Notes under the pieces: model-generated
Seen by the model: the letters and a program-made list of their open reading frames with translations, nothing else
Told to the model about the DNA's origin: nothing
Databases searched by the model: none
Assembly (NCBI GenBank): GCA_051875915.1
Contig: JBJEHI010000024.1
Coordinates: 243-64,242, forward strand
Length of the DNA: 64,000 nucleotides
From: Bacteroides sp.
GTDB taxonomy: Bacteria > Bacteroidota > Bacteroidia > Bacteroidales > Bacteroidaceae
Direction: 5' to 3'
Position numbers and translations under genes: made by a program
Shown here: positions 47,207-56,785 of the stretch, one piece after another
Layout: each line of letters starts with the position of its first letter
How positions within the stretch are numbered: position 1 is the stretch's first letter

Positions 47207-49042
47207 TTATGAATGTTTGATTGAATTTTCCATCTTGCTGATTACCTCCAGTGAGGCGCTGTACACCTTGTCCATGGCCTGGTTGTCGTCACCCGGAGCA
47301 AAGCGGGCAAACTCGCAGTCGTTCAAGGCACCGAGGAACTCGTGTACCAACGCATCGTCTACCCCATGAGCCTGCAACTCGTCTTCGATGTTGTCTTTCG
47401 ACAGACGGGAGAGAGGGATGTTCAGTTTGTCACTGATGTAGCCCCAAAGTGCCTTCAGCACCTCGTCGTAGAAGGCATCCTTCTGGTTGTCGGCCAGCAG
47501 CTTGCCAGCCTGCTTCATCCGCTTCACAGCTACCTTGTTGGCCTTCTTGGTACGTACCCGAGCCACATTGGCATTGGCGGCAATCTGCTTCCGATAGAGC
47601 ACAAAGAAGAGCAGGAAAGCCAGCAGAGGCACGATGTAGAAGAGCCAGCAGGTGAGCGAACCAAAGAAGAACTGTCCGCGCGGGTGCAGCTTCACGTTGT
47701 TCAGCTTGATGTAACGGATGTCTTCGTTGAGCACTTTCAGGTCTTCCTTGTTCGTGAAGTTGGCAATGGTCTGGGCTGCATTGCCGGCTCCCTTGGCCAC
47801 ATTCAGCGTGTAGGCTTCGGTACTCAACGTCTTGTAGCTCTGCGACTTGATATCGAAATAGCTGAAGGTGACAGGCGGAATCTTATAGGTACCCGCATTG
47901 CGCGGAATGGCCAGATACTCTATCACCTTGCTGCCCGTCAGGCCGGCATTGGTCAGACGGAACTTATTGTCTACCTTGGGGTCATAGACCTCAAAGTCTT
48001 CGGGGAACTTGATTTCGGGGTCGGCCAGCAGCTTCAGATTGCCTGTGCCGGAAATGACCACCTTCACCGTCACGGCATCGTTGGTCTTGACATCGGTGCT
48101 GTTGATGGACGAAGTGACATCAAACTCTCCCACTCCACCCGAAAAGTCGGCCGGCTTGCCGGAGGGCAACGCCTTCACGTCGATGGTGAGCTTGGGTGTC
48201 ATAATCGTCTTCTTGACCTCCACATAGTTGTTTCCTCCGTTGAAGAAGGCCTCGAAGGGGTCGGACACCTGCGTAGCCTTGGCAATGGAAGCATCGAAGC
48301 GAGCACCATCGATGGTGAGCTTGCCGGCCTGTTGCGGGAAGAGCACAAACTGACGGAAGACGGTAGTCCGGTAGTTGCGTCCCTTGTAATGCTCCAGCCC
48401 CCAACGGCGGTCGTCAGGCAGTTCTACTTCCTGTGAATGGAATCCCTTGAAATCGGGCAGCTTGACATTGTCGAACCGTTGCAAATCGACCACGGTATAA
48501 ATCTTGTAAGTCAGCAGGAAAGCCTCCTGCTCGTAGACCGTGGTCTTGCTGGCCGTACCCAGTATGAAGAGGTCGGAACCGGAAACTGCCGTACCCGACG
48601 AGGCACGTCCTCCTCCCTGCTGTCCGCCATCGGAAGATGCTCCACCGGCCTGGTCGGCCGGCAGTACCTTGATCTGTACGCCGTTGGATACCATCTGATT
48701 GCCGGCTGCCGTGATGGTGGCACCGGGAATGGAGTAGCTACCCTCGGCATTGGCCAACAGAATGTAAGTGAAGGTGATGCTGCTGGTGGACGTGGTCTGT
48801 CCGTTGATCATCTGTACGCTGCTCTGCGTAGAACGGGTAGGTCCCATCAATACCTCGAACCCCTTGATGGAAGGGGCACGGAAATCTCTAACGTTCTGTG
48901 TAGTGACCGTGTATGAGAGCCTGAACTGGTCTCCTACCACCACCACATCCGGAGCAGATGCCGTAAAGGAGACTTTGCCGTCGGCCCGCACCTGCATACT
49001 GACGATTGCCATCGCAATCCATAAGAACAGTATTTTCCTCAT
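47207..49042 (-). CDS. batD: BatD family protein
   Basis: Signal peptide, Ig-like repeats, FSGGVG, C-terminal TM; operon position. Confidence 0.9.
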   Translation of the reverse strand: MRKILFLWIAMAIVSMQVRADGKVSFTASAPDVVVVGDQFRLSYTVTTQNVRDFRAPSIKGFEVLMGPTRSTQSSVQMINGQTTSTSSITFTYILLANAEGSYSIPGATITAAGNQMVSNGVQIKVLPADQAGGASSDGGQQGGGRASSGTAVSGSDLFILGTASKTTVYEQEAFLLTYKIYTVVDLQRFDNVKLPDFKGFHSQEVELPDDRRWGLEHYKGRNYRTTVFRQFVLFPQQAGKLTIDGARFDASIAKATQVSDPFEAFFNGGNNYVEVKKTIMTPKLTIDVKALPSGKPADFSGGVGEFDVTSSINSTDVKTNDAVTVKVVISGTGNLKLLADPEIKFPEDFEVYDPKVDNKFRLTNAGLTGSKVIEYLAIPRNAGTYKIPPVTFSYFDIKSQSYKTLSTEAYTLNVAKGAGNAAQTIANFTNKEDLKVLNEDIRYIKLNNVKLHPRGQFFFGSLTCWLFYIVPLLAFLLFFVLYRKQIAANANVARVRTKKANKVAVKRMKQAGKLLADNQKDAFYDEVLKALWGYISDKLNIPLSRLSKDNIEDELQAHGVDDALVHEFLGALNDCEFARFAPGDDNQAMDKVYSASLEVISKMENSIKHS

Positions 49043-49088
49043 ATATTACTCTTTGTATTAATTATCATTTTCATCAAAGACGTGCCAC

Positions 49089-49138
49089 TTGTAGCTTGTA
49101 GCCCGTAACTTGTAGCTTGTAGCTCGTAACTTGTAGCT
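49089..49138. repeat. Heptamer tandem array in the batC-batD spacer
   Basis: ttgtagcttgtagcccgtaacttgtagcttgtagctcgtaacttgtagct; same unit as the arrays at 7.6 and 8.5 kb. Confidence 0.85.
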
Positions 49139-49142
49139 AAAC

Positions 49143-49856
49143 TCACCAATCCTTCTCCAGTCGTCCTCCCTGAATGACTTGCTGCTTCTTGACTTTGTCC
49201 TGTACGTCCTTCTCGTCCTGCATCACCGACTTCAAGAGCTGCTCGGCATTCTCCTTCGACATCTCATTCTCCTTCTTGTCATTCTGTGGCGGCTGTTGCT
49301 GATTCTGCTGCCGGTCCTGCTGCTGTTGCTGTTGTTGCTGCTGGTCCTGCTGCTGCTCCTGTTGCTGGTTCTGCCGGTTCTGGTCTTGGTTCTGGTCCTG
49401 ATTCTGTTGCTGGTCGTTCAGCATCTTCTGCGCCAAAGCCAGGTTGTAGCGTGTCTCGTCATCCTTCGGATTGTTGCGCAACGACTGTTTGTAGGCCTCT
49501 ATGGCCTTGGCATACTCCTTCTGGGAATGGAAAATCACTCCCATATTGTGATAAATCTGGGCCAGATTGGCCTTGTCCTTCTCCAGATTGGCAGCATCGG
49601 CATACTCTTCCATAGCCTCCTTCAGCTTGTTCTGCTGGAGCAACGTGGTGGCCAGATTGTACATGGAGACGGTGGACTTTGGATTGACTTCCAACGCCTT
49701 CCGGTAATTGACCTCCGCATCTACAAACACGCTGTCCTTAAATGCACGGTTTCCCTTGCGGATAAAGTCCCGTTCGGCCTTCTGTGCCGATGCCATTCCT
49801 GCCGTTGTCAATAACAACAGGAACAGTGTCATATATCTCTTTGTTACCATATACAT
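49143..49856 (-). CDS. batC: BatC (TPR, Gln-rich linker)
   Basis: TPRs, DETRYNLA, poly-Q linker, C-terminal EKDW. Confidence 0.9.
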   Translation of the reverse strand: MYMVTKRYMTLFLLLLTTAGMASAQKAERDFIRKGNRAFKDSVFVDAEVNYRKALEVNPKSTVSMYNLATTLLQQNKLKEAMEEYADAANLEKDKANLAQIYHNMGVIFHSQKEYAKAIEAYKQSLRNNPKDDETRYNLALAQKMLNDQQQNQDQNQDQNRQNQQQEQQQDQQQQQQQQQDRQQNQQQPPQNDKKENEMSKENAEQLLKSVMQDEKDVQDKVKKQQVIQGGRLEKDW

Positions 49857-49857
49857 A

Positions 49858-50889
49858 TCACCCTTTCTTTGTGGAGAATAAATGGATGTTGCGGAAGAGC
49901 GGATTCTTGCGTTCCAATATCAGCATCTCTGCCAACAGCAGCAGCAGGATAATCCATGCTACAGCCTGAAACTGCTCGTTGAACTCTGTGTAGACTTGCG
50001 TCTCTACTTCCGCTTTCGACATCTTATTGATTTCCTGATTGATTGCTTTCTGTGCATTGTTCGTGTTGTCTACCCGTACGTAGATGCCATTGCCTACCTT
50101 GGCTATCTCCTGACACATGACTTCGTTCAACCGGGTCACGATGACATTGCCTTCACGGTCGCGTCGGTAGTCGTTGGTACCCGGCACGGGGATGGGAGCG
50201 CCATCCGGCATGCCGACTCCCAGCACATTCACCTGAATGCCTTTCTCTACGGCAGCCTTGGCAGCCTCTTCCACACCGCCTTCGTGGTTCTCACCATCGG
50301 TGATGACGATGACCGTACGCCCTACCCCCTCTTGCGGCGTAAAGCTCTTGGTGGCCAAGTTGATGGCCGCTGCAATGGCTGTGCCCTGCTTGGATATCAG
50401 CGAGGGGTCGATAGACTCCAGGAACATCTTGGCTGAGATATAGTCGCTGGTGATGGGCAACTGGGTAAAGGCATCGCCGGCAAAGACTATCATGCCCACT
50501 TTGTCGTTCTGCATCTTGTCCACCAGTTGGGCCACCAGCCGTTTGGCCTTTTCCAGGCGGCTGGGCTGAACATCCTGTGCCAACATCGAGTTGGATATGT
50601 CGAGCGCAATCATCACCTCTACCCCCTGCCGCTTCACGGTCTCCAACTTGGAGCCGAACTGCGGACGAGCCAGCAACAAGGCAAACAGACCGATGGCAGC
50701 AGCCAACAGCCAGAACTTGACATCGGGACGATACTTGGAGACATCGGGCATCAGCTGCATCATCAGTTCCGGGTCGCCAAAGACGCGGATGGCCTTGCGC
50801 CGTCTGTAATTGGAATAGAGATAGAAGACCACCAGCAAAGGCAGTATCAACAACAAATATAAATAGGCAGGTTCTTCAAATCGAAACAT
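49858..50889 (-). CDS. batB: BatB vWA protein
   Basis: ARPQFG, DISNSM, PSRL, ITDGENH. Confidence 0.9.
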   Translation of the reverse strand: MFRFEEPAYLYLLLILPLLVVFYLYSNYRRRKAIRVFGDPELMMQLMPDVSKYRPDVKFWLLAAAIGLFALLLARPQFGSKLETVKRQGVEVMIALDISNSMLAQDVQPSRLEKAKRLVAQLVDKMQNDKVGMIVFAGDAFTQLPITSDYISAKMFLESIDPSLISKQGTAIAAAINLATKSFTPQEGVGRTVIVITDGENHEGGVEEAAKAAVEKGIQVNVLGVGMPDGAPIPVPGTNDYRRDREGNVIVTRLNEVMCQEIAKVGNGIYVRVDNTNNAQKAINQEINKMSKAEVETQVYTEFNEQFQAVAWIILLLLLAEMLILERKNPLFRNIHLFSTKKG

Positions 50890-50937
50890 CTTTCTATTGC
50901 ATTTTACAAGTTATATATTCAAGCCTTATCATCTGCA

Positions 50938-51924
50938 TCAAGGAATCTTCTTCAAGATGGAGTTGCGCAGCAAGACTTCCAGCAATACACACAGGAAGGC
51001 GGCCAATGCAAACCATCGGTACTCCTCCTGCCTCTTGCTATACTCTTTCACATTCAGCTTGGTCTTCTCCAACTTATCTATCTCCTCATAGACCTCCTTC
51101 AGCTTGGAGTTGCTGGTGGCACGGAAATAGTTGCCGTCGGTGGTACCCGCAATCTGCGTCAACGTCTTCTCGTCTATCTCGACAGGCAGATTGACATACT
51201 GCACGGTACCTCCTACCGGATAGGGATAGGGAGCCATGCCGTTGGTACCCACACCAATGGTATAGACGCGGATGCCAAAGCTCTTGGCTATCTCGGCTGC
51301 CGTCAGCGGGGAGATATCCCCCTTGTTGTTGACACCATCCGTCAGCAGAATCACTACCTTCGACTTAGCCTTGCTGTCCTTCAGACGGGTTACCGCATTG
51401 GCAATACCCATACCGATGGCGGTACCATCCTCTATCAGTCCGCACTTCATGTCTTTCAGCAGATTCAGCAACACGGCATGATCCACCGTCAAGGGACACT
51501 GCGTGAAACTCTCACCGGCAAACAGCGTGATGCCAATGTTGTCGTTGGGACGTCCGTTGATGAACTCGGCAGCCACCTCTTTGGCTGCCTCCAGGCGGTT
51601 GGGCTTCAAGTCTTCGGCCAGCATACTGGTAGAAACGTCCATCGCCAGCATAATGTCAATACCCTCAATCTCGCTGTTCTGCCAGCTGTTGGTGGTTTGC
51701 GGACGCGCCAATACAATGATAAGCAGCACAAGAGCCGCTACACGCAGTACAAAGGGGGCATGAAGCAGGTAGTTGCGATAGCTCTTCGGCGTATGCAGAT
51801 AGACCTGGGCATCGGATACTTGCAAGGAAGCCTCCGAGTTTTTCCTCTTCATGATATACCATATTATATAAGGTATCAGCAGAAGAAGCAGAAATAAATA
51901 TTCAATATTGGCAAAAACCATCAT
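50938..51924 (-). CDS. batA: BatA vWA protein
   Basis: DVSTSM, KPNRL, GTAIG, LLTDG, YFRAT. Confidence 0.9.
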   Translation of the reverse strand: MMVFANIEYLFLLLLLIPYIIWYIMKRKNSEASLQVSDAQVYLHTPKSYRNYLLHAPFVLRVAALVLLIIVLARPQTTNSWQNSEIEGIDIMLAMDVSTSMLAEDLKPNRLEAAKEVAAEFINGRPNDNIGITLFAGESFTQCPLTVDHAVLLNLLKDMKCGLIEDGTAIGMGIANAVTRLKDSKAKSKVVILLTDGVNNKGDISPLTAAEIAKSFGIRVYTIGVGTNGMAPYPYPVGGTVQYVNLPVEIDEKTLTQIAGTTDGNYFRATSNSKLKEVYEEIDKLEKTKLNVKEYSKRQEEYRWFALAAFLCVLLEVLLRNSILKKIP

Positions 51925-51981
51925 CTCAACATTTTATAAATTACGGTCGGGTAACCTGCTGTATCAGCCGGACCATCTGTG

Positions 51982-53064
51982 TCAGGCAAAGTAATTGTAC
52001 AGTTCCAGACCTATATAAATCAGTGAAGCAATCAACGCAGCTGCCACAGCACACACACCGATACCCAGCAGAATCTTGGTACGGAGCGAACGCTTCTCCA
52101 CAATGGTTATTTCTGTAGGTTGTGGCTTGGCATTCTCGTCTTCCTTCTCCTTCGTCTCATTGATAAAGTCAATGGCACTTACTAAATTCGCATCGTTCTC
52201 GTTCAGCAAAGGGGTATGTTTGGCAAACTTCACCAAATCGGCCGTCACAAACAGCTCGCGCAAATCTGCAATAGCTTCCTTATCCTTGATTTCCAGCAGT
52301 TTTTCAATGATTTCCGAAGAGGTCATCTCCAACGCATTGAAACCAAACCGCTTGTTGATGTAGGTGCGAATAGCATCGGTCAATTGGGTGTAATACACCT
52401 TCGACTCACCTTTCTGCCAGATTTTCTCACTCTTGATACGTTCTATCTCCTGCATAGCCTGCAGATGGGGCGGTAACGTTGGCTCTACCTTCACCTTGCG
52501 TATAATCGGCTTGTTGTCGAAGATGCGTTTCACCAAATAGACCAGCAGGAAGGCAAACGGTGCCAGCAGAATCAGACAGGCAATCGTTCCATACCAGTCC
52601 TTCCACACAAAGGGAGCCTTCATCACACTCTTCGGACCAAAGAACTGCTCGGGGTTTTCCGGGTCAATCGGCACATTCACCGAATAGACTTTCAGTGCCA
52701 ATGCCTTCGAACGATAGGGCTGATTGTCAACCGTCACCTCCATAGGCGGCAGGTAATAAAGGGCCGAATCAAACGAGGTAACCGTATACTCTTCCGTTAT
52801 CAGCATCCGTTTGCCACCATTCAGCAGCTGCGTATCCGGTTTGGCCACCTCCACAATCTCCACACCGCGAACTAACGTGTCGGTATAGAGCGGCAGGATG
52901 GCTCTTTTATCTGCGTCTAAGGAGACCTGCAGTGTGATTTTCGCCTGTTCGCCTATCAGAATCTGCAACGAGTCGATGGTGGCATCCACCGTCACCGACT
53001 GTGCCCGTCCCTGCTGCAGCGAGCATATTATACACGATATCAGTAATAATACAGTCTTTTTCAT
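51982..53064 (-). CDS. Conserved membrane-anchored bat-operon protein
   Basis: Signal peptide, TM, ALEMTS and ADLVKFAK motifs; sits between DUF58 and batA. Confidence 0.75.
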   Translation of the reverse strand: MKKTVLLLISCIICSLQQGRAQSVTVDATIDSLQILIGEQAKITLQVSLDADKRAILPLYTDTLVRGVEIVEVAKPDTQLLNGGKRMLITEEYTVTSFDSALYYLPPMEVTVDNQPYRSKALALKVYSVNVPIDPENPEQFFGPKSVMKAPFVWKDWYGTIACLILLAPFAFLLVYLVKRIFDNKPIIRKVKVEPTLPPHLQAMQEIERIKSEKIWQKGESKVYYTQLTDAIRTYINKRFGFNALEMTSSEIIEKLLEIKDKEAIADLRELFVTADLVKFAKHTPLLNENDANLVSAIDFINETKEKEDENAKPQPTEITIVEKRSLRTKILLGIGVCAVAAALIASLIYIGLELYNYFA

Positions 53065-53071
53065 TTCACGC

Positions 53072-53941
53072 TCAATTTCGTTTCGCAAACAGGTTCATCA
53101 ATGCCTTCACGTAATCCTGGTCAGTGCGTACCGACACATTGTCTACATTGCTCTTGGTAAACGTTTCGTGCAACTCGGTCTGGCGTTCTTCCCACCAGTC
53201 GTGATGAGCACGGCGCACAGCCTTGGACGACGTATCTATCCACTGCTCGCGACCCGTCTCGGCATCCTTGACCTTCATCAGTCCGATAGCCGGAAGTTCT
53301 TCCACCCGTCGGTCGTACACCTGAATGGCTACCACGTCGTGCTTACGATTGGCAATGGTAAGCGCATCCTTGAATCCTCCACGGTCGATAAAGTCAGACA
53401 GGACAAAGGCCGTACAACGACGTTTCATCACATTCGTCAGATACTCCAAGCCCAGCCGGATATTGGTCTGACGACTTTCCGCATGGAAATCAATCAACTC
53501 ACGGATAATGTAAAGGATGTGTTTTCGCCCCTTCTTGGGCGGAATGAACTTCTCCACCTTGTCCGAAAAGAAGATGACTCCAATCTTGTCGTTGTTCTGT
53601 ATGGCAGAGAAAGCCAATGTAGCCGCAATCTCTGTCACCAGTTCCTTTTTCATCTGTTTGACTGTACCGAACTCCAAACTACCGGAAACATCGACCAGCA
53701 ACATCACGGTCAGTTCACGCTCCTCTTCAAACACCTTTACGTAGGGTTTGTTGAATCGGGCGGTCACATTCCAATCAATGTCGCGTATATCGTCCCCAAA
53801 CTGATACTCACGCACTTCCGAGAAGGCCATACCACGCCCCTTGAAGGCCGAATGATACTGGCCGGCAAAGATGTTGTTGGACAACCCGCGCGTCTTTATC
53901 TCAATCTGGCGGACTTTCTTCAATAATTCAGTTGTTTCCAT
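53072..53941 (-). CDS. DUF58 domain protein
   Basis: FKGRGM.F.EVREY..GDD.R.IDWNVTAR, DVSGS. Confidence 0.93.
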   Translation of the reverse strand: METTELLKKVRQIEIKTRGLSNNIFAGQYHSAFKGRGMAFSEVREYQFGDDIRDIDWNVTARFNKPYVKVFEEERELTVMLLVDVSGSLEFGTVKQMKKELVTEIAATLAFSAIQNNDKIGVIFFSDKVEKFIPPKKGRKHILYIIRELIDFHAESRQTNIRLGLEYLTNVMKRRCTAFVLSDFIDRGGFKDALTIANRKHDVVAIQVYDRRVEELPAIGLMKVKDAETGREQWIDTSSKAVRRAHHDWWEERQTELHETFTKSNVDNVSVRTDQDYVKALMNLFAKRN

Positions 53942-53985
53942 CAATAGCGTACTATCTCACTAACGAATCACAAACGGGGCACACA

Positions 53986-54981
53986 TCAGGGCACCTCAAC
54001 TTTGTTCAATATCTTGCTTACAATTTCATCGGAAGTCATGTTGTCGGCTTCTGCCTCGTAGGTCAGTCCGATACGATGACGGAGCACATCGTGTGCCACC
54101 GCGCGCACATCTTCGGGTATCACATAGCCGCGACGTTTGATGAAAGCATAGCTGCGGGCTGCCAAAGCCAGATTGATAGATGCACGCGGCGAACCGCCGA
54201 ATCCAATCATATCCTTCAGTTCCTTCAAGTCATATTTCTCCGGATAGCGGGTTGCAAAGACAATATCGACAATGTACTTCTCAATCTTTTCATCCAGATA
54301 GACCTGACGGACAACCTTACGGGCCTCCAGAATTTCATCGGTCTTCATGATGGGACGGACGTTGAACTTGTCGCCATTGATATTCTGACGGATAATCAGC
54401 TTCTCTTCTTCCAGTTTCGGATAGTCAATCACTACCTTCAGCATGAAACGGTCTACTTGTGCTTCGGGCAATGGATAGGTACCTTCCTGCTCAATGGGAT
54501 TCTGGGTAGCCAGCACCAGGAACGGTTCCGGCAACTTGAATGTCTCCTTGCCGATGGTGACCTGACGCTCCTGCATAGCTTCGAGCAATGCGCTCTGTAC
54601 CTTGGCCGGCGCACGGTTGATTTCGTCTGCCAAAACGAAGTTGGCAAATACCGGGCCTTTCTTCACCTGAAAGGTCTCGTCCTTCTGGCTATATACCATG
54701 GTACCTATCACGTCGGCCGGCAACAAGTCCGGAGTAAACTGGATACGACTGTACTTGGCATCAATCAACGATGCCAGCGTCTTGATGGCCAGCGTCTTTG
54801 CCAAACCAGGAACACCTTCCAACAACACATGTCCATCGGATAACAGACCAATCATCAAAGACTCCACCAAATGCTTCTGACCTACAATCACTTGGTCCAT
54901 ACCGGTGGTAAGATTGGTCACAAAAGCACTTTGCCGTTCTATTCGCTCATTCAGTTCGCGAATGTCAATAGTTTCTGCCAT
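53986..54981 (-). CDS. moxR: MoxR family AAA+ ATPase
   Basis: GVPGLAKT, RIQFTPDLLPAD, ADEINRAPAK, ATQNPIEQEGTYPLPEAQ.DRF. Confidence 0.95.
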   Translation of the reverse strand: MAETIDIRELNERIERQSAFVTNLTTGMDQVIVGQKHLVESLMIGLLSDGHVLLEGVPGLAKTLAIKTLASLIDAKYSRIQFTPDLLPADVIGTMVYSQKDETFQVKKGPVFANFVLADEINRAPAKVQSALLEAMQERQVTIGKETFKLPEPFLVLATQNPIEQEGTYPLPEAQVDRFMLKVVIDYPKLEEEKLIIRQNINGDKFNVRPIMKTDEILEARKVVRQVYLDEKIEKYIVDIVFATRYPEKYDLKELKDMIGFGGSPRASINLALAARSYAFIKRRGYVIPEDVRAVAHDVLRHRIGLTYEAEADNMTSDEIVSKILNKVEVP

Positions 54982-55160
54982 AAAATCTATCTATTATTTA
55001 GTTCGTTTTTCATTCATCGCCGGCGCTCTTGCCGGTTTTTCTCATTTCCGAGCCCAAAAGTACGGCAATTAATGTACCTTAGCAACTAAAATTTATTAAA
55101 AAACAATAGAGGCGTTTTAAAGTCCACAAAGAAAAGAAAAGTTTTTGCAGCATTTCCCTC

Positions 55161-56423
55161 TCAATTCATTTTTTTGACCAGTTTGGGCACCTGCACGGTC
55201 GTGCCGTAGGGCACATTGTCCGGGTTCTTGATGACCGTTGGATTGTGCTTCACGATATACGGCCACAATGCCTTGGTTCCATAATAGCGAAGTGCCACCT
55301 TGGTCAGTGTCTCGCCCTCCTTGATGGTGTGGCGTGTCAGCGTGCCGGCTATCTCATACTCCTCCGAGGCCGACAACACCTGTGACACTTGTGCGGCAGA
55401 TGACTCCGTCTGAAGTGCACGAGGGGCAGCTGGCTGAGATTGAATCGGAGGTTGGCCGGCAGGCTTCTCTACACTCTTCACAGGTTCTGAAACGGGCAAT
55501 GAGTCCGGCATGGTTTCCGTGTCCTTCTGATTCGTCAGCTCTTCCTGAATCGGTTGGGACGGCACTTGGACAGCTACAGGTTCTTCCTTTGCCAAAACCT
55601 CGTTTGCATCGAACAGGTCGGGCCAATACATATAGGCGACCGCTCCTACACAAAGTAGCATCAACAGGACAAGCACCCCGAAGAAATACTTCATGGTCGA
55701 CGATTCGGACGACGGGGATGAGTGGTCCGAAGCCGTTGTTTCCGCAACCGATGTCTCTATCACAGGAAGATTTACTGTAGGTTCTTTCTCCACCGGCACA
55801 TCACCGAGAGAGGATGTAAGGGAAGCTACCGGTTCTTCGGGAGCAGAGACAGGCTCTTCAGTGGGAATTACGGAAGGTTCTTCTTCTACAGGCTGGGATT
55901 CTTCGGGAGTTGCAACCATCTCTTCCGAAGTAATTGTAGCAGGTTCTTCCGTCGCAGGCAGGGATTCTTCGGGAGCGGGGACAGGCTCTTCCGAAGTAAT
56001 TGGAGCAGGTTCTTCAGAGGTGTCAGGAGTCACAGAAAGTGCAGGGGACTCCTCGTCTTCTGATTCAGATTCCATCGTAACCTCATCATCAAACACCGTA
56101 TTTTCGTTTAGAAGAACAGTTTCAAAGTGAGCAAACGGTTTGTTGATGGTATTTTTGAGTGCAGGTTCCGGAGTAAACGACACTTTGGTATGTCCCTGAA
56201 TCCAGAAACGTTCTCCCGTATTGACGTTGATGCTTTCCCGGCTTTCCACCTCTATCAACTTAAAGGTTCCCAGACCTTTTACTTTCACGTACTTGTCTTT
56301 CTCCAGTGCCTCCTCAATCAGCGCAAAGAATGCCCGAACGAAACCATCCGCATTTTTCCGGCTCATTTGGTGCTTTTCACCCAACCAATCAGCCAGACTC
56401 TGTATGTTCATTTTCTCACCCAT
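55161..56423 (-). CDS. HU/IHF-domain protein with acidic linker, TM and C-terminal LysM-like domain
   Basis: GLGTFKL...NVNTGE HU motif; TM FFGVLVLLMLLCVGAVAYM; HTIKEGETL..VALRYYG...HNP. Confidence 0.8.
   Translation of the reverse strand: MGEKMNIQSLADWLGEKHQMSRKNADGFVRAFFALIEEALEKDKYVKVKGLGTFKLIEVESRESINVNTGERFWIQGHTKVSFTPEPALKNTINKPFAHFETVLLNENTVFDDEVTMESESEDEESPALSVTPDTSEEPAPITSEEPVPAPEESLPATEEPATITSEEMVATPEESQPVEEEPSVIPTEEPVSAPEEPVASLTSSLGDVPVEKEPTVNLPVIETSVAETTASDHSSPSSESSTMKYFFGVLVLLMLLCVGAVAYMYWPDLFDANEVLAKEEPVAVQVPSQPIQEELTNQKDTETMPDSLPVSEPVKSVEKPAGQPPIQSQPAAPRALQTESSAAQVSQVLSASEEYEIAGTLTRHTIKEGETLTKVALRYYGTKALWPYIVKHNPTVIKNPDNVPYGTTVQVPKLVKKMN
55818..56015 (-). repeat. Three intragenic 66-bp (22-aa) repeats
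   Basis: EEPAPITSEEPVPAPEESLPAT / EEPATITSEEMVATPEESQPVE / EEPSVIPTEEPVSAPEEPVASL. Confidence 0.75.
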
Positions 56424-56442
56424 AGCCACCACAACGAAGGTC

Positions 56443-56715
56443 CTATTTGAACTTATCCTTCAGAAATGCGCTGGGTCTGTAAGTCAACACCAACTTGGGA
56501 GGCACCAGAAAACGTTGTTTCGTATTGGGAGAAACGGAAATACGTTCCAATTTCTTTTTCACCTCGAAAGTACCGAACCCTTGGACAGATACCGCATTGC
56601 CCTCCTCCAGCATCTGCGTCATGCCGCTGAGCAAGGAGGCCATCAGCTCGGATGTATCCTTCAGCGTATAGCCCAGTCTTTGGGACAATTCAGAAGTAAA
56701 TTCTTTATTATTCAA
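56443..56715 (-). CDS. HU family DNA-binding protein
   Basis: MNNKEF, QGFGTFEVKKK, PPK...RPS..LK. Confidence 0.9.
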   Translation of the reverse strand: MNNKEFTSELSQRLGYTLKDTSELMASLLSGMTQMLEEGNAVSVQGFGTFEVKKKLERISVSPNTKQRFLVPPKLVLTYRPSAFLKDKFK

Positions 56716-56785
56716 AACACTGTTTTTTAAAATACGGGGCTATATTAGCAAAAATTCGGCACTTACACAAACATTTTGAGAAAAA

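Noticed and set aside
49290..49420. CAG-rich microsatellite in batC as a phase-variation tract
   Set aside because: In-frame Gln-rich linker typical of BatC.
46364..54981. MoxR-vWA bat operon as a novel system or part of the island
   Set aside because: Well-known conserved Bacteroidetes locus with host-like composition; adjacency to the island's vWA protein is not evidence of a link.
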